Source: Paracoccaceae bacterium
GTDB lineage: Bacteria; Pseudomonadota; Alphaproteobacteria; Rhodobacterales; Rhodobacteraceae
Assembly: GCA_041596235.1 (NCBI GenBank)
Contig: JBFHIW010000008.1
Location: 12,277-76,276, forward strand
DNA: 64,000 bases
Reading direction: 5' to 3'
In this document: positions 9,084 through 19,161 of the stretch, piece by piece
How positions within the stretch are numbered: the stretch's first letter is position 1
Layout: each line of letters opens with the position of its first letter
The notes under the pieces: generated by a model
The model's database searches: none
What the model saw: the letters and a program-made list of their open reading frames with translations, nothing else
Told to the model about the DNA's origin: nothing
Made by a program: the position numbers and the translations under genes

Positions 9084-9723
9084 CCTCACCCAGGGGCGAA
9101 ATGACCTTGCCCCCTGCTGCCAGCGCATCCTCCAGATCATGGGTCACAAGGATCGCCGGAATGCCTTGGGCGCGCACCTGACCAAAGACGAAATCCCGCA
9201 TCTGGCGGCGCAGGTCCGCGTCCAGCCGGGAAAACGGCTCATCCAGCAGCAGCGCATGCGGCGCGCTCAGCAGGCAACGCATCAAGGCCACGCGCGCCCG
9301 CTGGCCCCCTGACAACGTGGCAGGATCGCGCCCCGCGAAGCCGCCCAGATCGGCAGCCTCCAGCGCCGCGGCGATCCGCGCCTCGCGCGCGGCACGGCCT
9401 TTGATCGCGGCAGGCAAGGCAAAGGCCAGGTTCTCGCCAACAGACAGATGCGGAAACAGCAGGTCATCCTGAAACAGTAACCCGATTTGCCGCGCCCGTG
9501 GCCCAAGCCCCTGCAGATCGCGCCCGTCCAGCAGCACCCGTCCTGTCACGGCAAAGCCGGGATCAGGCTGTCCGATCAGCACCGACAGCAACGTGGATTT
9601 GCCAGACCCTGACGGCCCCATCACGCTGAGGATCTCGCCCGGTGCGATGGATTCGTCCAGATCGACAAGCCGCCGGTCGCCCAGCGTGATCTTCAGATGC
9701 TCCAGTTGCAGGCCGTCCGTCAT
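9058..9723 (-). CDS. ABC transporter ATP-binding protein (YnjD/ThiQ-like)
   Basis: 221 aa with Walker A GPSGSGKST, signature LSGGQRARV and Walker B LLLDEP. Confidence 0.85.
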   Translation of the reverse strand: MTDGLQLEHLKITLGDRRLVDLDESIAPGEILSVMGPSGSGKSTLLSVLIGQPDPGFAVTGRVLLDGRDLQGLGPRARQIGLLFQDDLLFPHLSVGENLAFALPAAIKGRAAREARIAAALEAADLGGFAGRDPATLSGGQRARVALMRCLLSAPHALLLDEPFSRLDADLRRQMRDFVFGQVRAQGIPAILVTHDLEDALAAGGKVISPLGEVRQAVGPA

Positions 9724-9725
9724 TC

Positions 9726-11429
9726 CTATCCCCTGTCCAGCATGCCGCGCCGGTTGCGAAACACCAGCGCCGGCAAGGTCAGCGCCAGCGCAAAGCCGAT
9801 CAGCGGCATGATTGTCTGCGACAGGGCATAGACCCCGATCAGCCGCCGGTCACCCCCCGATGACAGGGCCACCGCCTCGGTCGTGAGGGTGGCGACCCGA
9901 CCCATCCCGATCAGGATCGTCGGCAGGTATTGCCCCACGGAGACCGCAAATCCCACCGCTGCCGCCACCAGCACGGGCCGCAGCATCATCGGCAGGCGCA
10001 CCCGCCACAGGATACGCTCTGCCCCCGCGCCAAGGCTGGCCGCCACCAGCCCCTGACGCGCATCCCAGGCTCGCCAGGGATCGGACAGCGACAGGAATAC
10101 GTAGGGCAGCACGAAGATGACATGCGCGGCAATCACCGCCGCCCGCGCGCCGGTCCAACCTGTGCCGATGGCCAGCGTTTGCAACCCGATCAGAAAGGTG
10201 GCCTGCGGCACGATCAGCGGCAGATAGAGCAGCCACAGCGCCCGCCCGGATTGCTTCAGGCCGTGGCGATATTCGGCCTCAAGGCAGGCGATGGTCAGGG
10301 TCACGCTGATCAGCGTGGCCACTGTTCCGATCACCGCCGTTTCCAGCGCGATCCGTGTCAGACCATCCGATTGCCGCATCCAGTTGCGCCATGTGACCTG
10401 ATCGGGCAGCAGGTCCGGGAAGGTCCAGAACCCTGCGACGGACCAGACCGCCAGCCCAAGGATCCCCAGACCCACGGCCAGCGCCATGATCAGCGCCAAC
10501 CCCATCGACAGCGCGCGCATCGCCCCATCGCGGGCCATCCGATGCCCCCGCCGGATGCAGGCACAGCCCGCCCGCGCCACCACATGCTCGCCCAGCCGCC
10601 ACAGCGCCAGCACCCCAAGGATCAGCACCAGTTGCAGCACCGCCCCTGCCGCCGCCTGAAAGCGCAGGCTCAGGTTAGGATCCGACAGCCATTCCAGAAC
10701 CTGCACCGCAAGCGTCGATGGCCGCGTCGGCCCCAGAATCAGCGCCACATCAATGACCGAGGATGAATAGGCCAGCACCGCGTAGACCGGCAGGCGGATC
10801 TGCGCATAAAGCCGGGGGAAGACCGTCAGCACCCAGCCCGCCATGCGCCCGTAACCCATCGTCTGCGCCAGCAGGACCGATCGCCGTGCCGGCACCTGTC
10901 CGAGTGCCGCCAATGTCATCAGCAGCAGGAACGGCACTTCCTTGACCACCAGCCCCGCCATCAGCGACAGGCCCCAGGGGTCTTGCGTGATCAGGATATC
11001 GGGGGGGTGATCCCACCCCGTCGCCCAAGGCGACAGCGCCCGCGCGATCCAGCCCGAGGGCGTGATCAGAAAGGCCAACCCGAAGGCGGCGGCCGCATGG
11101 GGCACGGACAGCAACGGCGACAAGGCCCGTTCGATCACGCCGAAGGCACGGCTACCCTGCCATGCGGCACAGATCATCACCGTGATCATCAGCGACAAGA
11201 CCGTCGCCCCCAAACCGGTGAACAGGCTCAGCCAGATGGCACCCGGCAATCCGGGCCATGCCACCAAGGCGCGCCATGGCTCCACCGACAGGGACGTGCC
11301 GCCTAAGGCGGGAAACCAGCCGAAGGCGGGCGCCAGCACACCCGCCAGCCCCGCACCCACCGGCAACAGCAGAACCGCGATGGTCAGCGCGGGCGCCAGC
11401 GGCAGCAAGGCATTCCGGAACCGGGGCAA
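9726..11429 (-). CDS. ABC transporter permease, duplicated two-domain type (YnjC/ThiP-like)
   Basis: 567 aa polytopic protein of about 12 TM. Its size and position between the binding protein and the ATPase match ynjC-type fused permeases. Confidence 0.75.
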   Translation of the reverse strand: MPRFRNALLPLAPALTIAVLLLPVGAGLAGVLAPAFGWFPALGGTSLSVEPWRALVAWPGLPGAIWLSLFTGLGATVLSLMITVMICAAWQGSRAFGVIERALSPLLSVPHAAAAFGLAFLITPSGWIARALSPWATGWDHPPDILITQDPWGLSLMAGLVVKEVPFLLLMTLAALGQVPARRSVLLAQTMGYGRMAGWVLTVFPRLYAQIRLPVYAVLAYSSSVIDVALILGPTRPSTLAVQVLEWLSDPNLSLRFQAAAGAVLQLVLILGVLALWRLGEHVVARAGCACIRRGHRMARDGAMRALSMGLALIMALAVGLGILGLAVWSVAGFWTFPDLLPDQVTWRNWMRQSDGLTRIALETAVIGTVATLISVTLTIACLEAEYRHGLKQSGRALWLLYLPLIVPQATFLIGLQTLAIGTGWTGARAAVIAAHVIFVLPYVFLSLSDPWRAWDARQGLVAASLGAGAERILWRVRLPMMLRPVLVAAAVGFAVSVGQYLPTILIGMGRVATLTTEAVALSSGGDRRLIGVYALSQTIMPLIGFALALTLPALVFRNRRGMLDRG

Positions 11430-11444
11430 GCGACCTGCCAGCCC

Positions 11445-12656
11445 TTAGCGCGCGACGCCGAAGCGCGCCTCCCAATCCGCCGCGATGCGCTGCATCCAGC
11501 TGGGATGCGGCTCGGGCAGGGCGGGGCCCAGATCGGCGGGCGACAGGGTTGCGATCCCAAGCTCCAGTGCCGCAAATCGCGCGGCATCCTCGGGCGGCAG
11601 CTTGTCCATGGCCAGAACCGTGGGTGTGCCCATGACCGCCGCATCCTGCTTGTGCAACTGCGCCTCCACCGACATCAGATAGTTCGCGACGACCATCGCC
11701 CCGGCCTTTGCGTTGGCGTTGAACGGGATCGCCAGAAAGCTGGCATTGCCGATCGTGCCGCCGTCCAGCACCAGACTCCGCACCGTGTCGGGCAGTTCGA
11801 AATTGGCAATCGCCGCCGAAGCCTCGCCCGGGCTGAAGGAGATCGCGATGTCGATTTCATTGTCGGCCATCAGTTGCCGCTGGGCGGGACCATTCTGCGG
11901 ATAGGCCTGCCCCTGACGCCACAGATGCGGTGTCAGCGCCTCGATATAGGCCCAGAGCGGGGCTGTCACGGCATCGTAGTCGGCCTGATCGACCGGCGCA
12001 TATAGCGGTGCGGTATCGCTGACCAGGCTCAGCAATGCCTGTTTCAGAAAGGTCGTGCCAAGGAAATCGGGTGGCTGCGGATAGGTGAAGCGGCCCGGAT
12101 TGGCGACTGCCCATTCCAGAAAGGCCGGCATCGTGCGCGGCGGCTCTGCAAGGCGCGCACTGTCGTAGTAAAAGACCACGCGCGCCATGCTCCAGGGCGC
12201 TTCCAACCCTTCGACCGGCACGGTGAAATCCGCGATCAGGGCAGGGTTCGCCTCTGGGTCGACCAGCGACCAGTTGGGAATATCCTCGACCCATGGGCCG
12301 AACAGCAGCCCGTTTTCCTTCATCGCGGCGAAATTGGCACCGTTGATCCAGATCATGTCGATCGATCCGCCCTCGATCTGGCCCGCCGCCTTCTCGTTCA
12401 GCACGGTTGAAACGGCTGTGGCCGTGTCGGACAGTTTCACATGCTCCAGCGTCACGCCGAACTGATCCTGCACCTGCTGGCCGGCCCATGCGATATAGTC
12501 ATTGGTGCGCGGGTCACCGCCCCAGGCATTCCAGTAGACCGTCTGCCCGCGCGCCTCTTGCAGTACGCTGTCCCAGGCCTTGGGGTCGGGATCGGCAAAG
12601 GCCGGCAGGGAAAGGCACGCAACAAGCGCGGTGGTCTTTGTCAGTCTGGCAATCAT
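11445..12656 (-). CDS. ABC transporter periplasmic substrate-binding protein (YnjB-like)
   Basis: Internal Met of ORF 11445..12767 gives the signal peptide MIARLTKTTALVACLSLPAFA. It is the first gene of the three-gene importer operon. Confidence 0.75.
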   Translation of the reverse strand: MIARLTKTTALVACLSLPAFADPDPKAWDSVLQEARGQTVYWNAWGGDPRTNDYIAWAGQQVQDQFGVTLEHVKLSDTATAVSTVLNEKAAGQIEGGSIDMIWINGANFAAMKENGLLFGPWVEDIPNWSLVDPEANPALIADFTVPVEGLEAPWSMARVVFYYDSARLAEPPRTMPAFLEWAVANPGRFTYPQPPDFLGTTFLKQALLSLVSDTAPLYAPVDQADYDAVTAPLWAYIEALTPHLWRQGQAYPQNGPAQRQLMADNEIDIAISFSPGEASAAIANFELPDTVRSLVLDGGTIGNASFLAIPFNANAKAGAMVVANYLMSVEAQLHKQDAAVMGTPTVLAMDKLPPEDAARFAALELGIATLSPADLGPALPEPHPSWMQRIAADWEARFGVAR

Positions 12657-12837
12657 TACAGCTCTCTTTATTCTGGGATGGCCTGTCTTGGCCCGTGTCC
12701 GTCGAGAAACACCGCACGGTGCCGTTTCGTCAACCGTTGGCGTTACACAATTTCGTAGAACGCCCACCCTCCGGAGGCCTTTACACCCGTCGCCCCTTGG
12801 ACTTGACTGACCGCAGGACAGGTCCGGGGAGGGGCTG

Positions 12838-14295
12838 ATGGGATTGCGCTTTTTCTCGGATCGCGACAGGCCGGTGCATCTTGGTCCCTATCCGCTGGAG
12901 CGGCTGACGCGGCAGGATGCCCGCCCCGATCATCCGGCTGTGCCCCCGATGCCCGCGCTGGATTTCCACAGGCCCGACACCCCCCGCAGCATCGTCAACG
13001 CGATGGGCGAATATCAGGCCATGCTGGATGCCATCCGCGACGGTATGGTCAATCGCGCGCGCGCGGTCAGTCCCGACGACCCGCAAGAGCGCGCCAACCA
13101 TCTGAAGGCCTTCGGCTATTTTTCCGATGCCTCGATGGTGGGGATCGGCCCTGTGCCCGCCGGGGCGCTTCTGGATCTGCCCCGGCGCAACCCTGATATC
13201 GACCGTCTGGCCCATGATCTGAAAACGCGACAGACCAAGACGCTGGCCTCGGGCATCGACATGATCATGGCCGATCTGAAGGATTCGATGGAGGCCCCGC
13301 CGCGTGGTATCGCCGGGCATCACACGGCGCTGGTCTTTCTGTACGAACATCACCGTGACCCGGCTATGGACGAGGCGGGTGCGGCATGGATCATGGATGC
13401 GCAGGCGCATCGCGCCTGTCTGCGCGGGTCGGAAACCGCCGTGGTGCTGGCCAATTACATCCGGCTTCTAGGCTTCGACGCCTGCGCGCACAGTTACACG
13501 ACATCCGATGTCGATCTGCACCCGCTTGCCGTGGCGGCGGGGCTGATCACCGTAGAAGATGCGGCATTGGTCGCGCCATGGTTGGGGACGCGCTTTGGCC
13601 TTGCCGCCGTGACAACGGATATGGAGCTTGCCCATGACCGCCCGCTTGCCCCCATGGCGCGGCAGCCCTGGTTTCGCACGCAGGGCCTCGCATGGTGGCT
13701 GGGCAAGGGCACGGCCAAGTCGGCGCTCAATCGCGATCCCTTCCGCCGTCGCGCCTATGCCATGGGCGCGCATCCGTTTGAAACGCTCAAGCGCGTGGAC
13801 ACGCCCACCACCTATATCGACGAGGCTCGCGTGGCCCGCGTGCCCAAGCGCGCCGATCTTTTTGCGCGCGCGCAGTTCGGCGACATGGGCAAGGTGGTGC
13901 AGAAAGGGGCGACCGGCGGGCATTACGTGCGCAAGTCCGCGCCCAGTTCGGCGCAGCGCCGGGTGCTGGGGGCTTTCGTGCTGTTGCAGGATGGCGATCC
14001 GGCGCCTGAAAAGACCCGCCTCGATCCGGCAGAGGCCGCCGATCTGGTCAAGGCTTCCGCCTATTTCCTTGGCGTCGATGCGGTGGGCATCTCGCGCTGC
14101 CCGGACTGGGCCTGGTATTCCCATGACGCCACAGGCGCGCCTATCGAACCGCCGCATGATCAGGCGATCAGCATGATCATCGATCAGGGCTACGAGACGA
14201 TGGAGGGCGCCTCGGGCGATGACTGGATCAGCGTTGCGCAATCCATGCGCGCCTATCTGCGGTTCTCGCTGCTGGGTGGTGTCATCGCGCGGTAG
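12838..14295 (+). CDS. reductive dehalogenase-like protein, N-terminal/cobalamin-domain fragment (ends at in-frame TAG)
   Basis: 485 aa. It is in the same reading frame as ORF 14335..16050 and is separated from it only by TAG at 14293-14295. Readthrough gives ...GGVIAR*IRNLGYKAKAH, an RdhA/QueG-type IRxLGYxA motif. Confidence 0.6.
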   Translation: MGLRFFSDRDRPVHLGPYPLERLTRQDARPDHPAVPPMPALDFHRPDTPRSIVNAMGEYQAMLDAIRDGMVNRARAVSPDDPQERANHLKAFGYFSDASMVGIGPVPAGALLDLPRRNPDIDRLAHDLKTRQTKTLASGIDMIMADLKDSMEAPPRGIAGHHTALVFLYEHHRDPAMDEAGAAWIMDAQAHRACLRGSETAVVLANYIRLLGFDACAHSYTTSDVDLHPLAVAAGLITVEDAALVAPWLGTRFGLAAVTTDMELAHDRPLAPMARQPWFRTQGLAWWLGKGTAKSALNRDPFRRRAYAMGAHPFETLKRVDTPTTYIDEARVARVPKRADLFARAQFGDMGKVVQKGATGGHYVRKSAPSSAQRRVLGAFVLLQDGDPAPEKTRLDPAEAADLVKASAYFLGVDAVGISRCPDWAWYSHDATGAPIEPPHDQAISMIIDQGYETMEGASGDDWISVAQSMRAYLRFSLLGGVIAR

Positions 14296-14334
14296 ATCCG
14301 TAACCTGGGCTACAAGGCCAAGGCCCATAGCGTC

Positions 14335-16050
14335 ATGGACGGCGAGGTTCTGCAGCCGCCCCTGCTGCTGCTCTCGGGGCTGGGCGAGGTCAGCCGCATC
14401 GGCGAGGTGATCCTGAACCCGTTCCTTGGCCCGCGTCTGAAATCGGGCGTTGTGACGACCGATTTGCCGATGGCCCATGACCGCCCGATCGACTTCGGAT
14501 TGCAGCGTTTTTGTGAATCCTGCAACAAATGTGCACGTGAATGCCCGTCAGGCGCAATCACCGCCGGTCCCAAGCTGATGTTCAACGGCTACGAGATCTG
14601 GAAATCCGACAGCCAGAAATGCGCGACCTACCGCATCACCACACCGGGTGGTGCGATGTGCGGGCGCTGCATGAAGACCTGTCCCTGGAACCTTGAGGGG
14701 CTTTTCGCTGAAAAACCCTTTCGCTGGGCCGCAATGAACATGCCGGGTGCCGCACCGGCGCTGGCGCGGCTGGATGATGCGCTGGGCCGTGGCGGGCTGA
14801 ACCCGGTCAAGACATGGTGGTGGGATCTGGAGATCGAAGAGGACGGCGGCTATCGCCCCACCCGCTACCCGGTCAACCGGCGCGGCCTGCAAAAGGATCT
14901 GAAACTGCGCTACGCCGATCAGACCCTTGCCGTCTATCCCGCGCCGCTGGCCCCGCATCCCTGGCCCTATCCCGCCCCGATGGATCGCGAGGCAGGGATT
15001 GCCGCCTACCGCGCCATGATCCCGGCGGCCGAACATCGCGCCCGTCTGGCGCAGGGCGACGAGAGCCACGTCCACCGTTACACCGTGCCCTCGGACGCCC
15101 CTGTGATCGAACTGCGCGTGTCACGGATCGAACGCATGACCGCGGATGTGACGAAATTCGAATTCACGGCACCCGATGGTGGCGACCTGCCGGAATGGAC
15201 TGCGGGCGCGCATCTGGATATCGTCGTCGCCCCCGAGTACCTGCGGCAATATTCGATGTCGGGCGATCCGGCGGACCGGTCGCGCTATCAGATCGGGGTG
15301 CTGCGCGAAGATGGCGGGCGTGGCGGTTCGAAACTGATGCACCGCATCTTCACACCGGGGCGGCGCGTCTTCATCTCGAAACCCGTCAACCATTTCGATC
15401 TGGTCCAGGATGCGGAAAGAACCCTGCTGATGGGCGGCGGCATCGGGATCACCCCGATGATCGCCTTCGCGCACCGCCTTCATGCGCTGGGGTGCGATTT
15501 CGCGCTGCATTACTCCTGTTCCAGCCGCATGGCGGCGGCCTACCTTGATGATCTGGCGGCTGCACCCTGGGCTGACAGGGTGCAGTTGCACATGTCCGAT
15601 GAAGGCACCCGCGCCGATCTGGATGCGATCCTGTCAGGCTACCGCCCCGGCTGGCATGTCTATGCCTGCGGGCCGGTGCGCTACATGGATGCGGTGATCG
15701 ATGCGGCCACGCGGCAGGGCTACCCGGATGCGGCGCGACATCTGGAATATTTCGCGGTGCCGGAACAGCCCGACTACGTGAACCACCCTTTCACCCTGCG
15801 GCTGGCGCGGTCGGGGCGGGATCTGCATGTCCCTGCCGATCGCAGCGCCACCGATGTGCTGGCCGATGCAGGTGTGCATGTGGATGTGAAATGCGCCGAT
15901 GGCATCTGCGGCGTGTGCAAATGCACCCTGCTGTCGGGCAAGGTGGAGCACCGCGACTTCGTGTTGTCAAAGGCACAGCGCGCGGGCGCGATCATCCTGT
16001 GCCAAAGCCGTGCGGCAGAACCGGACGGGGTGATCGAGATCGACCTCTGA
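14335..16050 (+). CDS. reductive dehalogenase Fe-S portion fused to a PDR-type reductase (FMN/NAD-binding plus 2Fe-2S ferredoxin)
   Basis: - Two 4Fe-4S motifs: CESCNKCARECP and CGRCMKTCP.
- RQYSMSG flavin motif.
- LLMGGGIGITPM NAD(P)H motif.
- C-terminal CADGICGVCKC plant-type 2Fe-2S motif.
- The frame is open back to the TAG at 14293-14295. Confidence 0.7.
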   Translation: MDGEVLQPPLLLLSGLGEVSRIGEVILNPFLGPRLKSGVVTTDLPMAHDRPIDFGLQRFCESCNKCARECPSGAITAGPKLMFNGYEIWKSDSQKCATYRITTPGGAMCGRCMKTCPWNLEGLFAEKPFRWAAMNMPGAAPALARLDDALGRGGLNPVKTWWWDLEIEEDGGYRPTRYPVNRRGLQKDLKLRYADQTLAVYPAPLAPHPWPYPAPMDREAGIAAYRAMIPAAEHRARLAQGDESHVHRYTVPSDAPVIELRVSRIERMTADVTKFEFTAPDGGDLPEWTAGAHLDIVVAPEYLRQYSMSGDPADRSRYQIGVLREDGGRGGSKLMHRIFTPGRRVFISKPVNHFDLVQDAERTLLMGGGIGITPMIAFAHRLHALGCDFALHYSCSSRMAAAYLDDLAAAPWADRVQLHMSDEGTRADLDAILSGYRPGWHVYACGPVRYMDAVIDAATRQGYPDAARHLEYFAVPEQPDYVNHPFTLRLARSGRDLHVPADRSATDVLADAGVHVDVKCADGICGVCKCTLLSGKVEHRDFVLSKAQRAGAIILCQSRAAEPDGVIEIDL

Positions 16051-16059
16051 CAGGGTCGA

Positions 16060-17352
16060 TCAGACGACGACCTCCATCGCCTCCTGATCGCCCACGCCGA
16101 AGACGCGCTTGTAGCGGTCGATCTCGTCCGCCGGGCCCATCGCCTTGTTGGGATTGTCCGACAGCTTCACGGTGGGCCGGCCATTGGCCGACACGGCCTT
16201 GCAGACAAGGCTGAAGGGTGCCAGCGCATCGCCCTTGACCAGACCGCGGAAATCATTGGTCAGCAGCGTGCCCCAACCAACGGAGGGGCGCACGCGCCCG
16301 GCGAACTGCTTTTGCAGTTCCGCGATCTTCTGCACGTCCAGCCCGTCCGAGAAGATGACCAGTTTCTTGCGCGGATCCTCGCCCCGGCTTTTCCACCAGG
16401 CGATGGCGGTTTCCGCCCCGGTGGCGGGATCACCGCTGTCGATGCGGATGCCGGTCCAACCCGCAAGCCAGTCAGGCGCATTCTGCAGGAAACCCCGGCT
16501 GCCATAGGTGTCGGGCAGGATGATCCGCAGGTTGCCGTCATGCTCTTCATGCCAGTCGGCCAGAACCCGATAGGGCGCTTCGCGCAGCGCCGCGTCATCC
16601 TCGGCCAGGGCGGCATAGACCATCGGCAATTCATGGGCATTGGTGCCGATCGCCTCGATGTCGCGCTTCATCGCGATCAGACAGTTCGAGGTGCCGACGA
16701 ACTTGTCGCCCAGACCCTCGATCAGGGCCTGCACGCAACGATCCTGCCAGAGATAGGAATGCCGGCGCCGCGTGCCGAAATCGGCCAGCCGCAGGCCGTC
16801 GACCTCGCGCAGCGCCTCGACCTTTTCCCACAGCTTCGTCATGGCGCGGGCGTAGAGCACCTGCAGTTCAAACCGCCCCATCGTGTTCAGCACCGCGCGC
16901 CCGCGCAATTCCATCAGTACGGCCAGTGCGGGGATTTCCCACATCATCACCTCGGGCCAGCTGCCTTCGAATGTCAGCTCGTACTGGTCGCCCTTGCGCT
17001 CAAGGTGATAGGGCGGCAGGCGCAGCGCCTCGAACCATTCCATGAAATCGGGGCGGAACATCTGGCGCTTGCCGTAGAAGGTGTTGCCCCGCAGCCATGT
17101 GCTTTCGCCGCGCGTCAGCGAGAGCGAGCGGATGTGATCCAGTTGCTCGCGCAGCTCGCCCTCGTCGATCAGCCTGGCCAGCGGCACATGGGTCGAGCGG
17201 TTGATCAGGCTGAAGGTCACCTGCGTGTCGGGCTTGTTGCGGAATACCGATTGGCACATCAGCAGTTTGTAGAAATCCGTGTCGATCAGCGACCGCACGA
17301 TCGGGTCGATCTTCCAGCGGTGATTCCAGACGCGGGTGGCGATATCGACCAT
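16060..17352 (-). CDS. pncB: nicotinate phosphoribosyltransferase
   Basis: 430 aa. DPIVRSLIDTDFYKLLMCQSVF...FGTRRRHS... is the classic PncB pattern. Confidence 0.9.
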   Translation of the reverse strand: MVDIATRVWNHRWKIDPIVRSLIDTDFYKLLMCQSVFRNKPDTQVTFSLINRSTHVPLARLIDEGELREQLDHIRSLSLTRGESTWLRGNTFYGKRQMFRPDFMEWFEALRLPPYHLERKGDQYELTFEGSWPEVMMWEIPALAVLMELRGRAVLNTMGRFELQVLYARAMTKLWEKVEALREVDGLRLADFGTRRRHSYLWQDRCVQALIEGLGDKFVGTSNCLIAMKRDIEAIGTNAHELPMVYAALAEDDAALREAPYRVLADWHEEHDGNLRIILPDTYGSRGFLQNAPDWLAGWTGIRIDSGDPATGAETAIAWWKSRGEDPRKKLVIFSDGLDVQKIAELQKQFAGRVRPSVGWGTLLTNDFRGLVKGDALAPFSLVCKAVSANGRPTVKLSDNPNKAMGPADEIDRYKRVFGVGDQEAMEVVV

Positions 17353-17416
17353 GGGATGGCTCCGTCAATGTGCGTGGCCGTTAAATCAAAGGCCGGTCCA
17401 TGTGTCCAGCGGTCGG

Positions 17417-17483
17417 ACCGGGGCGCTGCCCCGTAGGTCGAACTGCGTTCGACCATCCCCGGGATATTTGGTGCAAGAAGAAA
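17417..17483 (+). repeat. REP-like intergenic repeat, copy a
   Basis: GGGGCGCTGCCCC..GGTCGAACTGCGTTCGACC..CCCCGGGATATTTGGTGCAAGAAGAAA. It ends 4 nt from the stop codon of pncA (minus strand). Confidence 0.8.
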
Positions 17484-17487
17484 CGGG

Positions 17488-18090
17488 TCAGACCAGTCGG
17501 ACACCCGCCGCGCGCATCGCATCCAGTGCCGCATCCAGCGATCCGTTCAGGTCGATGGCGCGGCACAGATCCAGACGCACGGTCACGCCAAAGCCAAGGC
17601 GTGCCGCATCCTGCGCGGAATAGGCGACGCAGAAATCGGTGGCCAGACCCACAAGGGTCAGGTGGGTGATCCCGCGCGTTTTCAGATATCCCTCAAGCCC
17701 CGTGGCGGTGGTGCGGTCATTCTCGAAGAAGGCGGAATAGCTGTCGATGGCGCGGCGGAACCCCTTGCGGATGATCAGATCTGCCGGATCGGTGTGCAGG
17801 GCGGGATGGAAGGCGGCGCCCCGGCTGCCCCAGACGCAGTGGTCGGGCCACAGAACCTGCGGGCCATATGGCATCTCGGTCATGTCATAGGCGGCGGCGC
17901 CGGGATGTTCCGATGCGAAGGAAGCATGATCGGCCGGGTGCCAGTCCTGCGTGAGGACAACGCAGGGGATCTGCTGCATCGCCGCGTTGATGCCGGGGAT
18001 GATGGCATCCCCCTCGGGCACGGCCAGCGCGCCGCCGGGGCAGAAATCGTTCTGCACGTCGATGACGATCAGGGCTTGGGTCTCGGACAT
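17488..18090 (-). CDS. pncA: nicotinamidase/pyrazinamidase
   Basis: 200 aa. [19 protein letters not shown]...TQDWHP...ATDFCV is the isochorismatase-fold PncA pattern. It is adjacent to pncB. Confidence 0.9.
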   Translation of the reverse strand: MSETQALIVIDVQNDFCPGGALAVPEGDAIIPGINAAMQQIPCVVLTQDWHPADHASFASEHPGAAAYDMTEMPYGPQVLWPDHCVWGSRGAAFHPALHTDPADLIIRKGFRRAIDSYSAFFENDRTTATGLEGYLKTRGITHLTLVGLATDFCVAYSAQDAARLGFGVTVRLDLCRAIDLNGSLDAALDAMRAAGVRLV

Positions 18091-18200
18091 CGGGGGCCTC
18101 CTGTCTTTGTACCAAAGGGGTAGGGGCTTGGTGCGCGCGCGTCAATGTCACGCTGTGCCAAGGCTTGCGCCACAGCGCGCGCGGGCGTAAATCGCAGCCC

Positions 18201-19115
18201 ATGCATATTGTCGCCGCTCTTTATCACTTCACCCGTTTCGACGATCCCTCCGCGATCAAGCCGGCGCTGGCGCGGCTGTGCTGCGGTCAGGGTGTGACCG
18301 GTACGCTGCTGCTGGCGCGCGAAGGCATCAACGGGACCATTGCGGGCAGCCGCGCGGGCATCGACGCGGTGCTGGCCCATATCCGCGCCTTGCCGGGCTG
18401 TGCCGATCTGGAGTGGAAGGAAAGCACCGCCAGCGCGCCGCCTTTCGCGCGCATGAAAGTACGCCTCAAGCGCGAGATCGTGACGATGGGCCAGCCCGAT
18501 GTGGACCCCAAGGCGCGCGTCGGTCATTACGTTGATCCTGCCGACTGGAACGCGCTGATCACCGCGCCCGATGTGGCCGTGATAGACACCCGCAACGATT
18601 ACGAGGTGGCGATCGGTACCTTCCAGGGCGCGGTCGATCCGCAAACCGCCAGCTTCCGCGACTTTCCTGCATGGTGGGAGGCGAACAAGCACCGCTTTCA
18701 CAACAAGCGCATCGCCATGTTCTGCACCGGCGGCATCCGCTGCGAGAAAAGCACCAACTGGCTGCTGGGGCAGGGGGTGGAGGATGTCTATCACCTGAAA
18801 GGCGGCATCCTGAAATACCTTGAAGAGGTGCCGCAGGATCAAAGCACATGGCAGGGCGAATGCTTTGTCTTCGACCGCCGTGTGTCCGTGGGGCATGGGT
18901 TGGCGGAAGGGCCGCATCTGCTGTGCCACGCCTGCCGTCGACCGATCCTGCCCGAGGATCGCAACAGCCCCGCATATGAGGAAGGCGTCGCCTGCCATCA
19001 TTGCGTCGATGAGACGACGGAAGAGGACAAGGCGCGATTCCGCGAGCGGCAGAAACAGATCGCACTGGCGCGGGCGCGGGGTGAGGCGCATCTGGGTGGT
19101 GTCACCGGCCTCTGA
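18201..19115 (+). CDS. trhO: rhodanese-domain tRNA uridine(34) hydroxylase TrhO (YceA family)
   Basis: Internal Met [13 protein letters not shown]...[10 protein letters not shown]...[17 protein letters not shown]...[12 protein letters not shown] is the UPF0176/TrhO pattern. Confidence 0.85.
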   Translation: MHIVAALYHFTRFDDPSAIKPALARLCCGQGVTGTLLLAREGINGTIAGSRAGIDAVLAHIRALPGCADLEWKESTASAPPFARMKVRLKREIVTMGQPDVDPKARVGHYVDPADWNALITAPDVAVIDTRNDYEVAIGTFQGAVDPQTASFRDFPAWWEANKHRFHNKRIAMFCTGGIRCEKSTNWLLGQGVEDVYHLKGGILKYLEEVPQDQSTWQGECFVFDRRVSVGHGLAEGPHLLCHACRRPILPEDRNSPAYEEGVACHHCVDETTEEDKARFRERQKQIALARARGEAHLGGVTGL

Positions 19116-19161
19116 CGTCGGAATGTCTTGCGTATCTGAGGAACGATGAACGCGCAGGCCG

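Noticed and set aside
12657-12837. Possible TPP riboswitch upstream of the ThiB/YnjB-like binding-protein gene.
   Set aside because: The reverse-complement leader lacks the CTGAGA and ACCTGATCTGGATAATGCCAGCG core elements.
14293-14295. The in-frame TAG in the dehalogenase gene as a pyrrolysine or other programmed recoding site.
   Set aside because: - No pyl genes or recoding signals are visible in the window, and pyrrolysine is not known in this lineage.
- Nonsense mutation or sequencing error is more parsimonious.
- The TAG is reported as a finding without claiming recoding.
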